A DNA stretch of 64,000 nt from Methanomassiliicoccaceae archaeon (GCA_040776945.1 JAXGZN010000001.1:864001-928000), one strand, 5' to 3'. Positions 37,650-49,253 are shown, counted from the first letter of the stretch. The notes: generated by a model from the sequence alone, not told the origin. Made by a program: numbers and translations.

Positions 37650-39848
37650 TCACCGGTACACGCCGGGGTCTTTCCACCGCGGGACGATATGGTCCCTGGA
37701 GCGAGAGAACTCCTCGTACCACTTCATGACGTCCTTGCCGCAGGATGGCCTGACGATCTTGAGAGCGGCCTCGAAGTGCCTCATGAGGACCCTGTCAGCT
37801 TCCTTGGACTCCCGCATGGCCATCATCCCGGCCTCGCGGCACAATGCCTCCAGGTCGGCGCCGACGTAGCCGTCGGTCCTAGAGACCACGGCCTCCATAT
37901 CCACCCCGTCCAGCGGCATGTCCTTGGTATTGATGGCTATGATGCTCCTTCTGGCCGCTGCGTCCGGGGCCGGGACCAAGGCCATGCGGTCGAACCGTCC
38001 GGGGCGCAGTAGCGCAGGGTCCACAATGTCCGGGCGGTTGGTAGCGGCCATCACCGTCACGTTCCCAAGGCTCTCGAACCCATCCATTGAGGTCAGGAGC
38101 TGGTTGACGACCCGCTCGGTGACGTTCGAGTCGTTGGCCATCCCCCGGCGGGGAGCGATGGCATCGATCTCATCAAGGAACACGATGGACGGTGCCACCT
38201 GCTTTGCCTTCTTGAAGATCTGCCGGATGGCCTTCTCCGATTCCCCGACCCACTTGGACATTATCTCCGGTCCCTTGACGTTGATGAAGTTGACCCCGCA
38301 CTCGTTGGCCACCGCTCTTGCGAGCAGCGTCTTTCCGGTTCCAGGAGGGCCGTAAAGCAGGACGCCCCTCCCCGGCCTGATCCCCAGGCGGGTGAACGCG
38401 GCGGGGTCCTGCAGCGGCAGCTCGATCATCTCCTTCAGCAGCCTCTTGGTCTCCTCCAGCCCGCCCACGTCGCTCCATGAGACGTTCGGTATCTCCACCG
38501 CCACCTCGCGCATTGCGGAAGGCTCGACCTCCCTAAGGGCATCCCTGAAGTCGTCCTGAGTGACCCGCATGCGCTCGAGCACAGCGGGGGGGACCGGTTT
38601 ATCGAGGTCGAACTCCGGGACATGGCGTCGCAGGCACTTCATGGCCGCCTCCCTGGCCAGAGAGGCCAGGTCCGCGCCTACGTAACCGTGGGTGACGCCC
38701 GCGAGCATGTCCAGGTCCACGTCCTCGGCCAGGGGCATGCCCCTGGTGTGGATCTGCATGATCTCCTTGCGGCCCTTGAGCGTGGGGACCCCGATCTCGA
38801 TCTCACGGTCGAACCTCCCCGGCCGGCGGAGCGCCGGGTCGATGGCATCCTCGCGGTTGGTCGCGCCGATCACTATGACCTGCCCTCTTCCGCCCAGTCC
38901 GTCCATGAGGGTGAGCATCTGCGCGACCACGCGGCGCTCCGTCTCGCCGCTGACCTCCTCGCGCTTGGGAGCGATGGAGTCGATCTCGTCGATGAATACG
39001 ATGGAGGGGGCGGTTTTCTCCGCCTCCTCGAACTTCTCGCGCAGCTTCTCCTCGCTCTGCCCATAATATTTCGACATGATCTCCGGGCCCTGGATCGAGT
39101 AGAAGTTCGCTCCCGACTCGCTCGCCACGGCCTTCGCGATGAGCGTCTTTCCAGTCCCCGGCGGGCCGTACAGCAGGACGCCCTTGGGGGCGTCGATGCC
39201 CAGCCTGTCGAACAGCTCGGGATGCTTCAGGGGCAGTTCTATGATCTCCCTCACCCGCTTGAGCTCGTCCTCCAGCCCGCCCACGTCATCGTAGGTGACA
39301 GCGGTGCTGGTCACCTCCGCGGCGTCCATCGGTTCCGTCTTCACCACGAGCTCGGTGTGCCCTCCGACGACAACGACGCCTCCGGGCTGGGTGCTGATGA
39401 CGATGAACGGGAGGAAGCCTCCCATGAGGGCGATGTTGGGTATGATCATCGCATCCCCCTTGACCAGCGGGCGGTTGGTGAGCCCCTTCTTGAATAGCTC
39501 CTCCACGCCCGGTCCGAAGCGCACTCTCTTACCTGGCGGGATCTTCGGCGCGACGACGACCTTCGCCGCCGGCTGGGTATCGGCCTTGACCACGGTGACC
39601 TTCTCTCCGATGCTCACGCCGGCGTTCGAGCGGATCATGCCGTCGATGGAGATGACCCCCCGGCCCTCGTCCTCGTTGGATGCCCTGAACACCTTGGCCG
39701 CGGTCTTTCGCTTGCCGACTATCTCAATGAAGTCGCCCATATCCACGTTGAGCTCCTTCCTCGTCTGCGTATCGATCCTCGCCCTTCCCAAGCCCACTTC
39801 GGACTGATGCTGGGCGCTCTCAACCTTGAGGACCACGGAGTCCGCCAT
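37650..39848 (-). CDS. cdc48: CDC48/VAT AAA+ ATPase
   Basis: N-domain plus two AAA modules (GPPGTGKT twice, [31 protein letters not shown]). Confidence 0.96.
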   Translation of the reverse strand: MADSVVLKVESAQHQSEVGLGRARIDTQTRKELNVDMGDFIEIVGKRKTAAKVFRASNEDEGRGVISIDGMIRSNAGVSIGEKVTVVKADTQPAAKVVVAPKIPPGKRVRFGPGVEELFKKGLTNRPLVKGDAMIIPNIALMGGFLPFIVISTQPGGVVVVGGHTELVVKTEPMDAAEVTSTAVTYDDVGGLEDELKRVREIIELPLKHPELFDRLGIDAPKGVLLYGPPGTGKTLIAKAVASESGANFYSIQGPEIMSKYYGQSEEKLREKFEEAEKTAPSIVFIDEIDSIAPKREEVSGETERRVVAQMLTLMDGLGGRGQVIVIGATNREDAIDPALRRPGRFDREIEIGVPTLKGRKEIMQIHTRGMPLAEDVDLDMLAGVTHGYVGADLASLAREAAMKCLRRHVPEFDLDKPVPPAVLERMRVTQDDFRDALREVEPSAMREVAVEIPNVSWSDVGGLEETKRLLKEMIELPLQDPAAFTRLGIRPGRGVLLYGPPGTGKTLLARAVANECGVNFINVKGPEIMSKWVGESEKAIRQIFKKAKQVAPSIVFLDEIDAIAPRRGMANDSNVTERVVNQLLTSMDGFESLGNVTVMAATNRPDIVDPALLRPGRFDRMALVPAPDAAARRSIIAINTKDMPLDGVDMEAVVSRTDGYVGADLEALCREAGMMAMRESKEADRVLMRHFEAALKIVRPSCGKDVMKWYEEFSRSRDHIVPRWKDPGVYR

Positions 39849-39954
39849 TCTACCCTCTATGCGGCCAAAGCGAAAGGACGATAATAAGGCTACTATCCGA
39901 GACTCAGATGAAAGGAGCGAAAGACATTTGCTCCAATCCGCCGTTGGGGTATTC

Positions 39955-40827
39955 ATGGAGTTGGCCCCGAGATGCATCCCCTGCCTGCTGGGACGCGTTC
40001 TCTTCGAGGTGGAGATGTGCGACCCGAGCAAGAGCGCTGCGGCCATGCGCGATTGCATGAAGATTTTGAAGGAAGGATATGTCCCAGGAGCGAACTCCGC
40101 CGAGGTGGCCACCCGGGTCCACGATCGTGCGTATGATCTCCTGGGCTGCGATGACCCATACCATGCTCTTAAGGTCAGGAGCCAGGAGGTTGCCGCGGAA
40201 CTGCTCCCGCGTGCCCAGTTCCTCATCGAATCGTCCCCCGACCGTCTCCGGGCAGCGATGCTGGCAGCTATCGCGGGGAACGTTATGGACTTCGGCATCG
40301 CCGGGTTAAAGGACCCTAACGAGCTCCTTCACCAGTTCGATGCCATCGTGCGCCAGGGCCTGGACGTTGACGATCTCATGAGGGTGCGCGAGCTAATCAT
40401 TGGCGCCTCCAAGGTCCTTTACCTCATGGACAACTGCGGAGAGGATGTGCTGGACGCCCTCCTTGTCCGTGAGATCAAGGCCCTGGGCCCGAAGGTGGTG
40501 GGGGTCGTGAAGGGAAGGCCCGTGCTCACGGACGTCACCATGGAGGACGCCAAGCGCTCGGGGACCATCGACGAGTTCGACGAGGTCATCACCACCGGGA
40601 TGTTCGCCGTGGGCATCGATGTGCATCGCATGGGGGACCGGCTACGCCGTGAGATGGAAGGCGCCGACCTAATAATCTCCAAGGGCATGGCGAACTTCGA
40701 GTCGCTGTCCGATGCTCCATACCGGCCAATAGCGTTCGTCATGAAGGCCAAGTGCCTCCCGGTGGCCGAAGCGGTGAGGGCCAAGGAAGGCGATAATGTC
40801 GTTCGGCTCCTAGAACGGAAATGCTAG
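39955..40827 (+). CDS. ARMT1-like/DUF89 damage-control phosphatase
   Basis: [36 protein letters not shown]. Confidence 0.9.
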   Translation: MELAPRCIPCLLGRVLFEVEMCDPSKSAAAMRDCMKILKEGYVPGANSAEVATRVHDRAYDLLGCDDPYHALKVRSQEVAAELLPRAQFLIESSPDRLRAAMLAAIAGNVMDFGIAGLKDPNELLHQFDAIVRQGLDVDDLMRVRELIIGASKVLYLMDNCGEDVLDALLVREIKALGPKVVGVVKGRPVLTDVTMEDAKRSGTIDEFDEVITTGMFAVGIDVHRMGDRLRREMEGADLIISKGMANFESLSDAPYRPIAFVMKAKCLPVAEAVRAKEGDNVVRLLERKC

Positions 40828-40973
40828 CGGAGACTGGCGGACATCCTATCGGGCCTGAGAGGCAGGGCAACATTTATTATTAGGTCACCTTCCAGTCACA
40901 CCAGCATGTTGGGGCCGAAGGTAAGGGAGAGCGGCGAGAGGAAAGAAATGCTCGTTCCGAGGGCGGTGATGGA

Positions 40974-42050
40974 ATGAGCGGCAGCATCAGCGCGGTCATA
41001 CTGGCCGGCGGAGAGGGCACCAGGCTGCGCCCTCTTACCAACACAAGGCCCAAGCCCCTGCTACCCATCCTCGGCAGGCCATGCGTCGAGTACGTGATCC
41101 GCTCGCTGGCGGACGCTGACGTGGACCGGGCGTACCTTACCTGCGGTTACCGCTCCCAGGACATGGTTGACCAGCTCGGGGACGGGAGGCAGTTCGGCCT
41201 GGACATGCGCTTCGCCTTCGAGGAGTGCCCGGCCGGCACCGCCGGAGCGGTCAAGCTGCTGGAGGAGGAGCTGGACGGCACCGTCGTGGTCGTCAGCGGG
41301 GATGTCCTGGCGGACGTGGACATACGCTCCCTGGTGGCCATGCATCGCCGCAAGGGCGCCCTGGCGACGATGGCGCTGACCACCGTGGACCGGCCGGAGG
41401 AGTTCGGCATCGTGGGCCTGGACGACGATGGCCGTATATTCCGCTTCAAGGAGAAGCCCAGGACCGAGGAGGTGTTCTCCAACCTTATCAACGCCGGCAT
41501 ATACGTCCTTGAGAAGAGGGCGCTGGGCGATATCCCTGCTGGAGAGAAATATGATTTCTCCAAACAGCTGTACCCCAAGCTCTTGGAGCGCGGCGAGCCG
41601 CTATACGGCATGCCCCTCTCGGGGCTTTGGAAGGACATTGGGAGGCCGCGCGACCTTCTGGACGCGAACCTTAGGATGGCCGAGAGGAAAGGGATGCAGA
41701 TCAGCGTTCCTGGGGCCGTATGCTCCGGCAGGATAGTCGCGTCATCGTTCCACGCCCTGGGCTGCGATATAGCCGGTCCGGCCTTCATCGGCGAGGGCGC
41801 GGTCATAGGGCCCCGCGCCCGGCTGTCCAGCTGCGCCGTTGGCGATCGCACGGAGGTCGGCGCCAGCGCTCTTATAGACGACTCGTTCGTAATGGACGGC
41901 TGTTCGCTGGGCGATGGCAGCGTCGTCCGCGGCAGCTTGGTGGGCAGAGGATGCCGCATCGGGAGGGGCGTCCAGGTGATCAGCTCGGTGCTCGGGGACG
42001 GCATCGTCCTGGAGGGAGAGCAGAGGGTGGAGGGGCGCACCATCGAATGA
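40974..42050 (+). CDS. Sugar-phosphate nucleotidyltransferase (NDP-sugar pyrophosphorylase with left-handed beta-helix)
   Basis: LAGGEGTRLRPLT...PKPLLP, GTAGA, SGD, FKEKP, INAGIY, WKDIG, hexapeptide repeats. Confidence 0.92.
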   Translation: MSGSISAVILAGGEGTRLRPLTNTRPKPLLPILGRPCVEYVIRSLADADVDRAYLTCGYRSQDMVDQLGDGRQFGLDMRFAFEECPAGTAGAVKLLEEELDGTVVVVSGDVLADVDIRSLVAMHRRKGALATMALTTVDRPEEFGIVGLDDDGRIFRFKEKPRTEEVFSNLINAGIYVLEKRALGDIPAGEKYDFSKQLYPKLLERGEPLYGMPLSGLWKDIGRPRDLLDANLRMAERKGMQISVPGAVCSGRIVASSFHALGCDIAGPAFIGEGAVIGPRARLSSCAVGDRTEVGASALIDDSFVMDGCSLGDGSVVRGSLVGRGCRIGRGVQVISSVLGDGIVLEGEQRVEGRTIE

Positions 42051-42223
42051 TGCGGCCAATAAGGCCTGCCCCCTGCGGGATATGGCCGGCGTGGGCCGAT
42101 CGCCCAATGGTGTGATCGGTTCTCGACGTCATGGCGCTGCCCGCCGAAACGTCCTCATGCCCGCTTTCCCTGGAAGAGCCTCGCCCGCACATAATTGAAA
42201 TAGGTTGAGCCAGATAGCGGCGC

Positions 42224-43135
42224 GTGAAGGCACCCCTGGGCATAAGCGAGCTATATCTCATCCTCTCCGGGGTGCTGTGGGGCACCTCGTTCTCGGCGAT
42301 AAAGATCGCCCTGAACGAGGAGGCTGACCCGGTGCTCATCGCTCTCCTGAGGTTCATCGTGGCCACAGCCATCATCCTGCCCGTGGCGTTCTGGGCCAAG
42401 AGGCTGGACCTCAAGATGCTAATCTATCCGCCGATAGTGGTCAACGCCTTCCTAAACGCGTTGAGCTTCGCCATCCAGAACGCTGGCATGGCCTCCACCT
42501 CCGCGACGAACTCGGTCCTCCTGGTCAACACCAACGTGGGCCTGGTCGCCATCTTGGCCGCGATCTTCCTGGCCGAGGCGATAACGCCTCGCATCGTGGC
42601 CGGCATATTCATCGGCCTGCTGGGAGTGCTGTTCATCTCCACCGGGGGGGACCTGTCGGCAATATACAGCGGCACCTTCTGGGGCAACGTGCTGGTACTG
42701 ACGGCAGGCTGGGTATGGGCGTTCTATATCGTCCTCCAGAAGAAGATACTGGGCCGCAAGACCGATGTGCTGATGGTCACCGCGGCCATAATGGCGGACA
42801 CAATGCTCTTCCTTATCCCTATGACCCTGCTGTTCACCACCAACTACTCTATACCAGGGACAGGATGGGTCGCGGTGATATACATCGGCCTGGTGTGCAC
42901 CTTCGCTGCGAACCTGCTGTACAATGCTGGGCTTAAGGGCGTAAAGGCCAGCGTGTCCTCCGTGATCCTCCTCATCGAGGTGGTCTCCGGCATGTTCTTC
43001 GCAGTTCTCTTCTTGAGGGAGATCCCCACCGCGGTCACGGCGGCAGGGGGTGCCCTGATACTGATATCGATCCTCATTATCTCGTTCTCCAACGGGAGGA
43101 ATGGGAAGACCGAGGCAGGCACCTCTAGGACCTGA
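42224..43135 (+). CDS. DMT/EamA family permease
   Basis: LWGTSF..IK, 10 TM helices, duplicated EamA halves. Confidence 0.9.
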   Translation: MKAPLGISELYLILSGVLWGTSFSAIKIALNEEADPVLIALLRFIVATAIILPVAFWAKRLDLKMLIYPPIVVNAFLNALSFAIQNAGMASTSATNSVLLVNTNVGLVAILAAIFLAEAITPRIVAGIFIGLLGVLFISTGGDLSAIYSGTFWGNVLVLTAGWVWAFYIVLQKKILGRKTDVLMVTAAIMADTMLFLIPMTLLFTTNYSIPGTGWVAVIYIGLVCTFAANLLYNAGLKGVKASVSSVILLIEVVSGMFFAVLFLREIPTAVTAAGGALILISILIISFSNGRNGKTEAGTSRT

Positions 43136-43520
43136 ACCTTTCCAGGACCTCCTTGGCCCGTTCGGGCTCATTGACCGTCAGAGCTATCTCCTCCACACTA
43201 GAGCCGCGGTGCCCCAGTATGTAAAGGGATTCGATGTTTATGCCCGCCTTGGACAGGTGCTTGGCCACCTTGGCAAGCTCTCCCGGTCGGTCCGAAAGAG
43301 CGACGACCTCGACCTCTCTCTCCACGAACTCCAGCTTGGCCGCCTTCAGAGCGCTTCGGGCGCTCGCCTCATCGTCGGTGACCACTCGGACCATCGGCCT
43401 GGACGATCCAAGGTCGGTCGATATCCCGCGGATGTTGACCGAGTTCCTCGACAGTACCTCGGCGATCCACGCTATATCTCCGGGCTTGTTCTGGACATAG
43501 ACCTCGAACTCTTGCGTCAT
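43125..43520 (-). CDS. Tandem ACT-domain protein
   Basis: NKPG...NIRG and DRPGELAKV...AGINIESLY ACT motifs. Confidence 0.9.
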   Translation of the reverse strand: MTQEFEVYVQNKPGDIAWIAEVLSRNSVNIRGISTDLGSSRPMVRVVTDDEASARSALKAAKLEFVEREVEVVALSDRPGELAKVAKHLSKAGINIESLYILGHRGSSVEEIALTVNEPERAKEVLERFRS

Positions 43521-43623
43521 CGTTCCTTTAATTGTTCGGGGGCGCTATTAAACTACGTCATGATAAAGGGATGAGTATGGGGGTTCCCTCAGGTTTCTGC
43601 GAAAATCGCCACCTCAAGGCGGC

Positions 43624-44637
43624 TCATGCCGGGTAGGCCGGGACACATACCACCTTGAACCCGCCATACGCGTCATTATTGGAAATAAGGCCGCAGCACA
43701 CGTAGCCGCTGCCAGCGAGCGGAAGGACCATGCTTCCGCTGAGGTCGGCACGCGTCTCGGGCAAGACCTCGAACCGCATGTTGCCCGACCACCACGGGAC
43801 GTTCAGGAGGACGATCCTAATGATGTCCCAGGCCAGGACCTCCTCTCCGGTGGCCAAGGGAGGAGGCAGCATATCGCCGGCGACCAGAAGGAGCGAACCA
43901 TTACCAAGGGCGATGACACCGGCCGTGGCCAAGGGCTCGCCTCGGTCGAACTCGTACCCTATGGACCTGCCGCCTTCCGCCTCCAGGTCGCCAAGACGGA
44001 ACAGCGAGGACGGCGCAACATATCTCAGCCCAAGAGCTTTGGCCATGGGCGTGGCGCTCACCCCCGCTCCACCGTCGTATTCCGCCTCCATGAAGTCGAT
44101 GCTCATCGTAGCGTTAGGCCGCCCGGAATCGGTCGAGGAGCGCACAAAGGGCACCGAGCCTGCACCGATGCCGACCCACAGCCCCCCACTCTTCACCCAT
44201 TCCAACGCCGGGTAGCTGTAGTAGTCGGGCAGGTATGCCCCTGGCCCCACCACCAAGGTTGCCTGGGGGTCGGAGAACACATCGGGCAGGCCGTCGGTGC
44301 CGATCACGGTGGCCTGGACGCTGCTGCCATATAAAGGCAGCTCGTTGTTGAAGTGGTCGGCCATGCGCTGCAGGCTCACCTTCACCCTGAAGTCCAGTCC
44401 TTCGTTGATGAGCACGTGAACAGGGCCCTGGTGGACCCTGCTTACTTCTAGGGCCACGGATGTCAAGTTCCTCATGTATCGGCCCCCGGCCACGCTATAT
44501 TCCATCGTCGCTTCGCCATCCTTCACCCCGATGGTGATGTCCATGCCGTCATTGACAGAGCGAGGGACGAAGACCATGCTGGACACGGCAAGGTAGGCCA
44601 CAGCAAGGGCCAGGGCCACCGCCAGCTTATTCCGCAC
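43624..44637 (-). CDS. Membrane-anchored extracellular hypothetical protein
   Basis: N-terminal hydrophobic helix; translationally coupled to the upstream GT-C gene; WVKSGG.WVGIG resembles a class I glutamine amidotransferase-like fold. Confidence 0.72.
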   Translation of the reverse strand: MRNKLAVALALAVAYLAVSSMVFVPRSVNDGMDITIGVKDGEATMEYSVAGGRYMRNLTSVALEVSRVHQGPVHVLINEGLDFRVKVSLQRMADHFNNELPLYGSSVQATVIGTDGLPDVFSDPQATLVVGPGAYLPDYYSYPALEWVKSGGLWVGIGAGSVPFVRSSTDSGRPNATMSIDFMEAEYDGGAGVSATPMAKALGLRYVAPSSLFRLGDLEAEGGRSIGYEFDRGEPLATAGVIALGNGSLLLVAGDMLPPPLATGEEVLAWDIIRIVLLNVPWWSGNMRFEVLPETRADLSGSMVLPLAGSGYVCCGLISNNDAYGGFKVVCVPAYPA

Positions 44638-46048
44638 GGCCCCGCCTCCTTAACCGTTCCTGCAGCCGATATAACGGGTCGAAGCTCTGAGGGAGCAAGG
44701 CGGTGACCATGGCCGCCACCCCCATGAGCGTGGGCACGATCCTGCTTCCCTCGGAGCCCAGGCCGCTGGGGCTCAAGTAATATTCGACGACCGCCCGATC
44801 GATCGTCCCTATCGGGACCGCTCCAGTGAAAGCGGCCAGCGGATAGAAGAAGGCGAGGTAGGACTGGAGGCCGAGCCAGAATACCACTCCAGCGATGGAC
44901 ATCAAGGCCATCTTAAGCTCGAACCGGCCCTCGTAAATCGAGCAGAGGAGCACGAACGGCAGCGCCCATAGAATATAATGGGCGTGGGTGATGGACTGGA
45001 ACAGCAATAAAATGGTGAACACGGTCATGGAGCCGAACAGCAACCGTCTATCGTTCGATTCCTTGGAGCCCTTGAGCATCGCAAAGACGTAGATGAGGAT
45101 GAGGAACAGTATGGCGATGAGCAGGTAGTTCGATACAACCGTTACCCCGGAGACAGCGGAGTCGGGGAGCCTTCCACCGCCGAGCAGCGCGTTGACATTG
45201 CGCATCAGCCCCCACACGTTGACGCCCCCCATATCGGTAGTGCCCATCCTGCCGGTGAGGAAGACCATGATGGACGGATCAGCGGCGATCGTGATCAGGA
45301 TGCTGGAGACCCCTAGGGACCCCCCTGCGACGTAGCCCCCCAGGTTCCTCAGGTTGGGCAATATGCGGGTCGAGTTCCGCCATTCGGCGACCGCCAATCC
45401 GAACAGGTATGCGAAGTAGAACAGTCCGAGGTACATGGGGAACAGCTTGAACGCCACCCCCAGGCCGATGGCGAGACCTGCGCTGAAGAACTTCGCCTTG
45501 AGCATCGAGTACAGCGAGAGAACTGAGAACAGCACTGCCAGCACATCGAAATTGCCGTAAATGCTGGAGATGAAGATCACCAGCGGGTTCAAGAACCAAA
45601 GGATGAACACCCTTCGGGCAGTACCGGCATCCCTGACCATGGCGACAAATCGGTACAGGACCACGCCAGTTAGGTAATCCGCCAGTATCAATGGTGTCTT
45701 GAACGCCAGATTGAATGCTGGGTGAGTGACCACGGGATTTACCATTCCGGTGACCTGGCCGACGTAGACGAGGGAGGGCTGAAAGGAGGCCCACAATGAT
45801 GGGTCGACGAACAGTGAGAGGAGCCATGCAAAGGGAAGTGCTATGAAGACGAAGCCAGGAGGGTAGGAGTATGCCATGTGCCCGTAGGGCCCCAGTCCAG
45901 CCAAGGTATCCACCACTCCCTGGTAGAACGGGTACGTATCGTAGGTCCAGGATGTCCAGGGGGACATCGCCAATCGTATCCCAAATCCGATGATGACGAC
46001 CCATGCCAGTCGGCGGTCGGGGAATAGGGCGCCGAGGATATCCGCCAT
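44627..46048 (-). CDS. GT-C superfamily (GT87/PIG-M-like) polytopic glycosyltransferase
   Basis: WTYD acidic loop, YSYPP, FK.PLILAD, WFLNPL.I.ISSI.GNFD, G..FK.FP, HYILW.LPF. Confidence 0.8.
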   Translation of the reverse strand: MADILGALFPDRRLAWVVIIGFGIRLAMSPWTSWTYDTYPFYQGVVDTLAGLGPYGHMAYSYPPGFVFIALPFAWLLSLFVDPSLWASFQPSLVYVGQVTGMVNPVVTHPAFNLAFKTPLILADYLTGVVLYRFVAMVRDAGTARRVFILWFLNPLVIFISSIYGNFDVLAVLFSVLSLYSMLKAKFFSAGLAIGLGVAFKLFPMYLGLFYFAYLFGLAVAEWRNSTRILPNLRNLGGYVAGGSLGVSSILITIAADPSIMVFLTGRMGTTDMGGVNVWGLMRNVNALLGGGRLPDSAVSGVTVVSNYLLIAILFLILIYVFAMLKGSKESNDRRLLFGSMTVFTILLLFQSITHAHYILWALPFVLLCSIYEGRFELKMALMSIAGVVFWLGLQSYLAFFYPLAAFTGAVPIGTIDRAVVEYYLSPSGLGSEGSRIVPTLMGVAAMVTALLPQSFDPLYRLQERLRRRGRAE

Positions 46049-46142
46049 TCGGCCCCTCGTGTTGATGCTAGACAGGTGAAGACCGTCCTTTCCCCCTCAA
46101 CTGCCCGAAGGATAGATATATGAAACGGTTCCCGGCCGTCCC

Positions 46143-46970
46143 TCAGGTCAGAACGATGATGACGCCCAACAGCGCCACCAAGGTGAGGAGGGCCACCTGA
46201 CCGGAGCGGTTGAGGAACACGCGATCAGCGACGTAGGCCGCTCCCTTACCTAGCGTGCCGCACTGTCTCAAGATAGATGTTATGATGGTCGGAGAAAGTT
46301 TCGATGCCCCGCTGGCACGGTCCCCGAACAAATAGGGGATCTCCCTCACTGAGGTGCTTCGGGGAGCGAACTTGAGGAGGTCGAACAGCACCTTGAACCC
46401 CCTCCTCTCGAACTCGCCGCCATGCGTAGATGCGATCTCCTGGCACTCGCCAGTCCTCGCCCCGAAGAGGCCGCTCATGATGTCCCCCGGGTGAGGTCGG
46501 CGATGAGCGCGCAAATAGGTGTGGGCCAGGAACTGGGCCGCATCCGAGGAGAGACGTCTTCTCCAGTTCAGGGCCTCCTTGTGCTGCCTCCTTCCTACGA
46601 CCATATCAGCTCCACCCTCAAGGGCGGACATGATGTCTGCTAGGACCTCAGGAGGGTGCTGGAAGTCGGCATCCATCACTATGAAGTACGGTGTAGTGAC
46701 ACGGCCGATGCCTTCCATCACCGCCGCAGTAAGCCCGCGGTCCTCTGGGGCCCTGACAAAGAGACGGACAGCACGTTCCCGGGCCGCGATCGAGGAGACG
46801 ACGTCGATCGTCCCGTCCCGGGAATTGTCGTCCATGACCAATACTTGGATTCCAGGATAAAGTGCGAGAAGGCGCGCTATCATTCTTTCTATGTTGCAGA
46901 CCTCGTCGTAGGTCGGGATGATCACCGAGAAAAGGGAGTTTTGGGCTGGCCGTGCAACCAACGGAACCAC
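46143..46970 (-). CDS. Polyprenol-phosphate sugar synthase (DPM1-like GT2) with C-terminal TM
   Basis: IIPTYDE, DDNSRDGT, MDADFQHPPE, DIMSG.F, FK.L, R..G.SKL. Confidence 0.88.
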   Translation of the reverse strand: MVPLVARPAQNSLFSVIIPTYDEVCNIERMIARLLALYPGIQVLVMDDNSRDGTIDVVSSIAARERAVRLFVRAPEDRGLTAAVMEGIGRVTTPYFIVMDADFQHPPEVLADIMSALEGGADMVVGRRQHKEALNWRRRLSSDAAQFLAHTYLRAHRRPHPGDIMSGLFGARTGECQEIASTHGGEFERRGFKVLFDLLKFAPRSTSVREIPYLFGDRASGASKLSPTIITSILRQCGTLGKGAAYVADRVFLNRSGQVALLTLVALLGVIIVLT

Positions 46971-47207
46971 CTTCCTGACCTTTACAGATTGTCGTTATAT
47001 ATCCTTTTCCATAATTTTCGGGGACATTTTTCTCACTGGCCCATACTGCTGGCGCTTCTATCTCTATTCGTTCGTACTGAATGATTGTCTCGCAATGGAG
47101 ATAATACTATCTCATTTGATAATCATTTGAGTGGGATCGGAATCGAACCAGGTCGGTCGGGAAGCATTATCTATGGCGCATACTTTGCAAGGCTCCAGGT
47201 GGTACGT

Positions 47208-48278
47208 GTGCGGGTCGCGGTCCTGTGCCGGAAGCTCGATGGGAAGCCTACAAACGGTTTCGAACGGTACTCACACAATCTGGTCTCCGGCCTGAGGGAA
47301 GGGGGCTTGCCCCCCTTGCTCCCGAACCAGGAGGCCGCTCTAGCTGTAAGGCCGTCGGGGTCCCTGATCAGCCCTCCGTTCTATGACATCCTGTTCCCCT
47401 TATGGCAGCTCGTAAGGGGACGCATGAGGGCGGACATATATCACGCGGTGACCGACTCCCAAGCCATCATATTTCCATGGCTGAAGGGGAAGAAGGTGGT
47501 AACTATGCACCATGTGGACAAGACCCCTCCAGACTCGATACCCGAGGCGGTCTTCCGGGCTTTTTATCATCTAGGCACCAAGATGGCCCTGCGTCAGGCC
47601 GACAGGCTGATCTGCATATCCTCTCAGACCAAGAAGGAGGTCATGGAATCGTACAAGGTTCCCGAGGACAAGATAGTCCTGGTCTCTCAAGCGATCCCCG
47701 GGTCCTTTCGACCAATGCCCGAGGTGCCCAAGGAAGGGACCGTAGGTTATATAGGGGCGTTGAAGAAAAGAAAGAACGTCGAGCTTCTTGTCCACGCCTT
47801 TGCCATATATTCAAGGAGGCCGGGAGCTGCCCCGCTAAGGCTGAACATCTATGGAGGTGGAACCGACCTTCCTTATCTAAAGGCCCTCGCATCGGAACTG
47901 GGTGTGTCAGACATCGTGGACTTTAGAGGTCCGATCGAGGAAGAGCTTCTCGTCAAGACCTATAACTCGTTCTCGCTCTTCGTCCTGCCGAGCCTACAAG
48001 AGGGGTTCGGGTTCCCGATAATAGAGGCCCAGGCCTGCGGCGTACCGGTACTCACGTTGAGAGGCGCCCTTATCCCGGAGGAGGTGGCCAGGTTCACCAT
48101 CAAGTGTTCTGACGAAGAGGACATGGCCGAGCAGATGGACAGGCTGATGAAGGACAAAGGGCTTCGAGAAAGAACAATATCGGACGGCATAAGGCACGCG
48201 GCCGAGTTCTCGATAGAGGAGATGGGCCTGCGGACCAGGTCAGTATACGAATCGCTCTATGGCCAAGGGAGGTCCTGA
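47208..48278 (+). CDS. GT4 glycosyltransferase
   Basis: YIG..K.RKN, LPSLQEGFGFPIIEAQACG; GTG start after AGGTGG. Confidence 0.92.
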   Translation: MRVAVLCRKLDGKPTNGFERYSHNLVSGLREGGLPPLLPNQEAALAVRPSGSLISPPFYDILFPLWQLVRGRMRADIYHAVTDSQAIIFPWLKGKKVVTMHHVDKTPPDSIPEAVFRAFYHLGTKMALRQADRLICISSQTKKEVMESYKVPEDKIVLVSQAIPGSFRPMPEVPKEGTVGYIGALKKRKNVELLVHAFAIYSRRPGAAPLRLNIYGGGTDLPYLKALASELGVSDIVDFRGPIEEELLVKTYNSFSLFVLPSLQEGFGFPIIEAQACGVPVLTLRGALIPEEVARFTIKCSDEEDMAEQMDRLMKDKGLRERTISDGIRHAAEFSIEEMGLRTRSVYESLYGQGRS

Positions 48279-49159
48279 TCGGACGTCGCAGCGATGATGT
48301 TCGAAGGCCGGCCTTTGAGAGGTCGGGACGCATAGGCCCTGTGGCGGTTATAGATGTCAACGGTCTCCAAGTAGATGCTCTTCACCGACCGGAAACCTAT
48401 GCGGCCTCCCAAGGGGCGGCTGAAATCAAGCTCGATAGGCGCTTCAACGATCTTGAACCCATCAGCATCGGCGTTGACCAACAGCTCGAGGTCAAAGGCG
48501 TAGCGGTTGACCTTGCTCTTGGAGATCTCCCTATCGATGACCTCGCGCTTCACCAGCTTGAACCCAGGTTGGGTGTCAGTTAGCCGCAAACCGAACAGGG
48601 TCCTGACCATTATATGATACCCAAAGCTCAACAGCTTCCTCTTAAGGGGGTAGAACACCTTGGACTCTGGATGCCTCTTGGAACCTATCACCATGTCCGC
48701 CCCGGTGCTTTCCATGACGCTGATGAACGTCGAGGCATGTCGAGGATGTATCTCGAGGTCCGCGTCCATGAACATGATAAGGTCGCCTCTGGCCCTCAAG
48801 GCCCCAACCCTCAGAGCGTTCCCCTTGCCTACGTTCTTGCTGTAGGTGACAGGAACGATCTCGGGGTGAGCGACCGCCAGCTTCATCAGCTCAGTTGAGG
48901 TATGATCGCTGGACCCATCGTTCACCGCGATTATCTCGAACGGGCGATTAAGTTCGGAGAGGGTGGTCACACACTCCTCCAGATTCTTGTATATGCGCTC
49001 TCCTTCGTTATAGCAAGGAACTATGACCGACAGAAAGTTGCGATATCGGCGGCGGTCCCTTGCGATGGGCACGTGCATAGCGTTGGATGGAACTGCAAGA
49101 AAAATCTTCTGTTCCGTTGAAATGGCGTCATGTTCCATTATCATATATGAAACGTCCAT
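48257..49159 (-). CDS. GT2 glycosyltransferase (Dol-P-glucose synthase-like)
   Basis: VPCYNEG, NDGSSD, N.GKG.A, FMDAD, DTQPGFKL, FDLELL; start uncertain. Confidence 0.9.
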   Translation of the reverse strand: MDVSYMIMEHDAISTEQKIFLAVPSNAMHVPIARDRRRYRNFLSVIVPCYNEGERIYKNLEECVTTLSELNRPFEIIAVNDGSSDHTSTELMKLAVAHPEIVPVTYSKNVGKGNALRVGALRARGDLIMFMDADLEIHPRHASTFISVMESTGADMVIGSKRHPESKVFYPLKRKLLSFGYHIMVRTLFGLRLTDTQPGFKLVKREVIDREISKSKVNRYAFDLELLVNADADGFKIVEAPIELDFSRPLGGRIGFRSVKSIYLETVDIYNRHRAYASRPLKGRPSNIIAATSDQDLPWP

Positions 49160-49253
49160 CGAATTGTCCGATTTTAGATACCTATAGGTTTAATGACTTA
49201 AAGTTTATGTCTACCATTATAAATCAATGATTTCATTAAGAAGACGCTCCCTC

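Noticed and set aside
39849-40298. 150-aa N-terminal extension of CDC48 in the ORF track
   Set aside because: It overlaps the divergent DUF89 gene; the true start is the ATG at 39848 after GAGGG.
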